This document shows, one piece after another, positions 47,812 through 51,587 of a stretch of 51,587 bases of DNA. Under the pieces are notes generated by a model. The model had not been told where the DNA came from and did no database searches. It saw only the letters and a program-made list of their open reading frames with translations. Position 1 is the first letter of the stretch, and every line of letters begins with the position of its first letter. Origin of the DNA: Candidatus Izemoplasmatales bacterium (lineage in GTDB: Bacteria > Bacillota_I > Bacilli_A > Izemoplasmatales > Hujiaoplasmataceae); contig JBFXGX010000006.1 of the NCBI GenBank assembly GCA_050177605.1, forward strand, positions 1 through 51,587, read 5' to 3'. A program made the position numbers and the translations under genes.

Positions 47812-50235
47812 ATGAAGAAATTTTTAGTATTTATCGTCATTAGTATTTTATCAGTTGCAGTGATTTCTTGTACTGATACAACGACTTTCACATCGACTAC
47901 CCCCTCAACAACCACATCGACCACAACCTCAACCACGACTTCAACGATTGATTACATTACTCTTTCTGGCGTCGTTGATCATGAAGTAGCCATTGGGTCT
48001 GAAGTCGACTTACTTGAAGGTGTAACTGCAACGGATAGTTTAAACCAAGATTATACGGAAGACATTATTTTGTCGTCCAGTGATTGTTCTATCGTAGATG
48101 GACATTATCTAGATACAAGTGTCGCGACGACTTGTGATGTTGTATATACAATTATTGTTGGTTCCTTTAATCAATCAGCCGTCGCTACATTTACCGTTAT
48201 CGGACAAACCATCAACCCAGATGTTATCACGGTTTATTTTCATAAACCTGATTCATGGGACAATGTAAAGATTTATTATTATGACGCAAATATGACCTAT
48301 AATGTCACTTGGGACAATGCTCCTTATATGACAGCGTATTATGGTCATGAAGGTTGGTATTATTTTTCTTTCCCAAGTCTTATTACATCCATCAGAGTTA
48401 AATTTTCTGATGGACTAGGGCAAATTTTACCTGAAGACGATCGGGATGGAAATCTGATTACTACTTCCACATGGTTTATGGAAGATGTTTTTGCCTATAC
48501 GACAACCAATCCTTTTGATTCTACGTTATATGGTGTTCCTCAAATAGAAATCACTACGAGTAATCTTGTTTTTCAGAATTCACTTGAGTTTACGGTGAAT
48601 ATTGCCTCTTTATCAGCCATTCAGGAGATGTATTATATTTTAAACGGTGTTACCTACCCACTTTCTGCTCAAATTGAAACCATCAATTTAGGATCAGAAT
48701 TTTACCTTGGCGAAAGAATAACACTTGAAGTGTTTGCGACCAATGAAATTGGACAAAATCAAAGTTTTACTTATTTGTTTATCAAAACAACGCCTACCTA
48801 TTATGATCCACTTGTTAAAAATCCTGAATTTAATCGACTCAGTATCTATGAAATTTATGTGGATGCTTATCAAGACGCAAGCAGTGTAGGATACTCGATT
48901 GGGTATGGACCAAGCAATCATCATGGGGATTTACTTGGAATTATCAATGCGCTTGATTATATTGCTACACTCAATGTGAATGCAATTTGGTTAACCCCAA
49001 TCTTTACATCTAAAGCAAGATCGACTTATTCTGAGTGGGAAAATCGTGGTAGATCTACAGGTTATTATGCGGATGATTACTATCACATTGATCCAAATTT
49101 TGGAACCGATGCCGAGTTTAGACAGTTAGTCGACAAAGCACACTCGCTCGGACTATACGTTTTTCTTGATGGTGTATTTGGGCATCATGGTTCTTATAGT
49201 ATCGCCGGTGTAACCAATGGTGCCAGCCAATGGTATGGATATGAAACAGTCTTTCCAGAAAGTTTAGATTATTTCATTGGTGTTGCACAATACTGGATTT
49301 TAGAATATGGAATTGATGGTTGGAGACTTGATCAATCCTACCAACTATATCAAGATAATTATAATTACTGGAGAGATATCCGAATCGCTGTGGATAGAGC
49401 TTGTGAAGCACGCTTAGCTGCTGGTGAAACCTGGGGAACACTCGGGTATTTAGTCGGAGAAGACTGGGAATCAGTTTATGAAATGAATCTTCATGCATAT
49501 GGCGGAAGTGGACTCCCAAGTGCATTTAATTTTCCTGTACGTTACGCTGTTGTGGCTTCACTTGCGACCGATGAAAGTTATTGGAGTAATGCTACTTTCT
49601 ATGATATTTTTACAGCGATGAATTACAGATATTTAAGTTATGCTCAACCTAATCTGTTTATTTCCAGCCATGATGTTGTCCGCTTTGGTGATTTGCTTCA
49701 AATTGCCGGAAAAGATGGAGATGAATATTATCCAAGACATAAAATGGCCTTATCTTTCTTAGCGCAATACACAGGACCGATTACGATTTATTATGGGGAT
49801 GAGTATGGGGATGAGTTTACTGGGTTAAACTACAGTTATGATGAGTTAGGCGCTTACTCGGATGTTGCGCTAGATAATGTTGCGAGAACGAATGGAAAAA
49901 TTACCGGTTTTGATAACTTACAACTTGACTTAATTGCATATGTATCGACGATATTAGCCCTTCGTGATCAGTATTCAGCGATGTATAATGGCGTTCGTAC
50001 GAATCTTTATGTAGATTCGAATCTCTATATCGATTTGAAAGTTGATACTGATAATACTGTTCTATATGGATTAAATCGATTAACAACAGTACAAACACAT
50101 ACCTTCACAGTAGCTGAACTCGGTGGAACAAAGTTAGTCAATTTATTAACAGGAGATGAAATCTTACCTGTTAATAATGTATTTACTGTACCGTTTGATG
50201 GATTATCAGGAATGTTTTATCTTGTGACTGAATAA
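47812..50235 (+). CDS. Lipoprotein alpha-amylase: Thr linker, Ig-like domain, CBM26-like module and GH13 (GH13_37-like) catalytic domain
   Basis: Lipobox VISC; VYFHKPDSW...GWY; GYGPSNHHGDL, DGVFGH, GWRLDQSYQ, GEDW and SSHD. Confidence 0.85.
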   Translation: MKKFLVFIVISILSVAVISCTDTTTFTSTTPSTTTSTTTSTTTSTIDYITLSGVVDHEVAIGSEVDLLEGVTATDSLNQDYTEDIILSSSDCSIVDGHYLDTSVATTCDVVYTIIVGSFNQSAVATFTVIGQTINPDVITVYFHKPDSWDNVKIYYYDANMTYNVTWDNAPYMTAYYGHEGWYYFSFPSLITSIRVKFSDGLGQILPEDDRDGNLITTSTWFMEDVFAYTTTNPFDSTLYGVPQIEITTSNLVFQNSLEFTVNIASLSAIQEMYYILNGVTYPLSAQIETINLGSEFYLGERITLEVFATNEIGQNQSFTYLFIKTTPTYYDPLVKNPEFNRLSIYEIYVDAYQDASSVGYSIGYGPSNHHGDLLGIINALDYIATLNVNAIWLTPIFTSKARSTYSEWENRGRSTGYYADDYYHIDPNFGTDAEFRQLVDKAHSLGLYVFLDGVFGHHGSYSIAGVTNGASQWYGYETVFPESLDYFIGVAQYWILEYGIDGWRLDQSYQLYQDNYNYWRDIRIAVDRACEARLAAGETWGTLGYLVGEDWESVYEMNLHAYGGSGLPSAFNFPVRYAVVASLATDESYWSNATFYDIFTAMNYRYLSYAQPNLFISSHDVVRFGDLLQIAGKDGDEYYPRHKMALSFLAQYTGPITIYYGDEYGDEFTGLNYSYDELGAYSDVALDNVARTNGKITGFDNLQLDLIAYVSTILALRDQYSAMYNGVRTNLYVDSNLYIDLKVDTDNTVLYGLNRLTTVQTHTFTVAELGGTKLVNLLTGDEILPVNNVFTVPFDGLSGMFYLVTE
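47878..47946 (+). repeat. Low-complexity Thr/Ser linker coding repeat
   Basis: Encodes TTTFTSTTPSTTTSTTTSTTTST with varied codons. Confidence 0.8.
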
Positions 50236-50260
50236 ATAAGAAACCTTTTACACAAAAATT

Positions 50261-50308
50261 AAAATGGCTAACTTACGGTTTCTCCGAATTTTAGCCATTT
50301 TTCTTTTT
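50261..50308 (+). terminator. Intrinsic terminator after the amylase
   Basis: aaaatggctaa...ttagccatttt followed by a T-rich tail. Confidence 0.75.
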
Positions 50309-50373
50309 CTATTTATTTTGAAAAAAGATAGTTTATTATGTATAATTGTAAATGATTAAAGAGGTGAATTAAT

Positions 50374-51587
50374 TTGAAAAAAATAATACAAATAATTTTA
50401 ATGTTATTCGTACTTCTTTCTGGATTATCGTTATTTCAAGTTGTTGATGCGGATAGTTCTTCCGCAACTTCACTTGTCGTTCATTACAAACGATTTGATG
50501 GAAATGAGTCTAATTATAACTTATGGTTGTGGCCATCTGGAGGAGACGGTGCACAATTTGGATTTAGTAGTTCAGATACCTATGGAGCTGTCGCGACAAT
50601 CAACCTTGGATCGACCAATTTATCAGGCGTTGATTCTGTAGGAATTCTCGTTTATCAAGTTGTTGGTGGTGTTTGGATCAAAGATGTTGATCAAGATAGG
50701 TATATTGATATGACCCATCCAAATGCAAATGGCGAGGTTCATATCTATGTTTTAACTGGAGAGACTTTTATCAGTTATGTATCCGAAGATCAGGCAGGGT
50801 GTAATATTGCTGCACCAGATCCGTTCCTATGCGCACAAACAATAGATGAAGGACTCGTTGATGTTTATTTTGATGAAACGTATAAAATCCATTTTACGAT
50901 TACGGATAGTATTACTAGTTCAAATATTACAATTTTAGATAATGACACACCAGTACCTTTTTCTGGATTCAGTAGCGGAGGGACAGGGACACTCACTTTA
51001 ACCAATCCTGTGAATGTTTCACATACTTATACCTTTATTTTAAATTGGAATGGGATTCATAACGAACAAGTCATTAGACTTGAAGCGGATTATGATTCTG
51101 AAGCCTTTCAATTAATGTATAACTACGATGGAGAACTAGGCGCAATTTATACTAGCGTTGAGACAACATTTAAAGTTTGGGCCCCAGTTTCTGGGAGAGT
51201 TCAAGTTAATTTATATTCTGCTGGTCATACAACAACAGAAAGAGCGGATGGCGTGAATTCGCCATACGCAGTGTATGAACTTGATTATACTTCGAAAGGT
51301 GTTTGGTCGATATCCATCCCTGGAGATTTAGCTGGAAAATATTATACCTTTAATGTGATGAATGATGGTGTATGGGTGACTGATATTCAAGACCCTTATG
51401 GAAAATCATTTGGATTAAATGGTAGAAGGGCGATGGTTGTTAATTTCGATCTGATTGATCCAGAAGGTTGGAGCGCGGATCAAGGAGTTGATGGCTATGA
51501 AAACCCAAATAACGCGATTATTTATGAACTTCATGTTCGGGACTTAACTTCTCAAGCAGCTGAATGGGGAGGACCTCTTGCCTATTC
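50374..51587 (+). CDS. pulA: Secreted type I pullulanase (CBM41, CBM48, start of GH13), 3' truncated; absent from the ORF track
   Basis: TTG after gaggtga, open to the window end. Signal peptide, VVHYKRFDG...NLWLWP, LGAIYT...FKVWAP, DPYGKS and IIYELHVRD. Confidence 0.9.
   Translation, partial: MKKIIQIILMLFVLLSGLSLFQVVDADSSSATSLVVHYKRFDGNESNYNLWLWPSGGDGAQFGFSSSDTYGAVATINLGSTNLSGVDSVGILVYQVVGGVWIKDVDQDRYIDMTHPNANGEVHIYVLTGETFISYVSEDQAGCNIAAPDPFLCAQTIDEGLVDVYFDETYKIHFTITDSITSSNITILDNDTPVPFSGFSSGGTGTLTLTNPVNVSHTYTFILNWNGIHNEQVIRLEADYDSEAFQLMYNYDGELGAIYTSVETTFKVWAPVSGRVQVNLYSAGHTTTERADGVNSPYAVYELDYTSKGVWSISIPGDLAGKYYTFNVMNDGVWVTDIQDPYGKSFGLNGRRAMVVNFDLIDPEGWSADQGVDGYENPNNAIIYELHVRDLTSQAAEWGGPLAY

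Noticed and set aside
1427..50641. Numerous 60-97 aa antisense or out-of-frame ORFs in the track (e.g. 1427-1615, 4394-4621, 13943-14224, 18996-19283, 20064-20351, 31024-31230, 49274-49525, 50441-50641)
   Set aside because: They overlap strongly supported genes, mostly on the opposite strand, and show no recognisable motifs; treated as shadow ORFs.
1..51587. Genetic code 4 (TGA = Trp) or selenocysteine recoding
   Set aside because: Long genes are uninterrupted under the standard code, Trp is TGG, and TGA ends complete proteins such as dnaE and tnaA.
1..51587. tRNA, rRNA, known riboswitches, IS elements, prophage genes
   Set aside because: No cloverleaf/TTCGA-arm pattern in context, T-box or SAM-type signature, transposase, integrase or phage structural motif was recognised by eye. 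A covariance-model scan would be needed to exclude divergent RNAs.

Overview
AT-rich, standard-code (TGA = stop) chromosomal segment of a low-GC Bacillota-type bacterium. Gene content and style suggest Acholeplasmatales or Izemoplasmatales, but this is inference only. Housekeeping genes (ytxK-like MTase-ackA, dnaE-pfkA, uvrB, L-serine dehydratase, two rlmD paralogues) are mixed with accessory functions. These are a DUF2089/SHOCT-like operon, tryptophanase, a GGDEF protein, msrB, an ABC/FtsX/lipoprotein unit, a ferritin-like-VIT1 exporter, desulfoferrodoxin, tandem uppP, a cpsC/cpsD/cpsB trio, an OmpR-type two-component system, capD and a starch-degradation cluster. I found no tRNA, rRNA, CRISPR array, integrase or transposase. 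Three elements missing from the ORF track stand out. (1) A divergent HTH-TPR (RRNPP-type) receptor sits opposite an unannotated 46-aa secreted propeptide, followed by a small HNH module (17345-19160); this is a candidate peptide quorum-sensing system. (2) A promoter- and terminator-bounded structured ncRNA candidate lies at about 30565-30763. (3) A C-rich anti-SD/anti-AUG sRNA candidate lies upstream of the two-component system (about 40065-40195). Where an RBS supported it, start codons were moved from the ORF-track positions.
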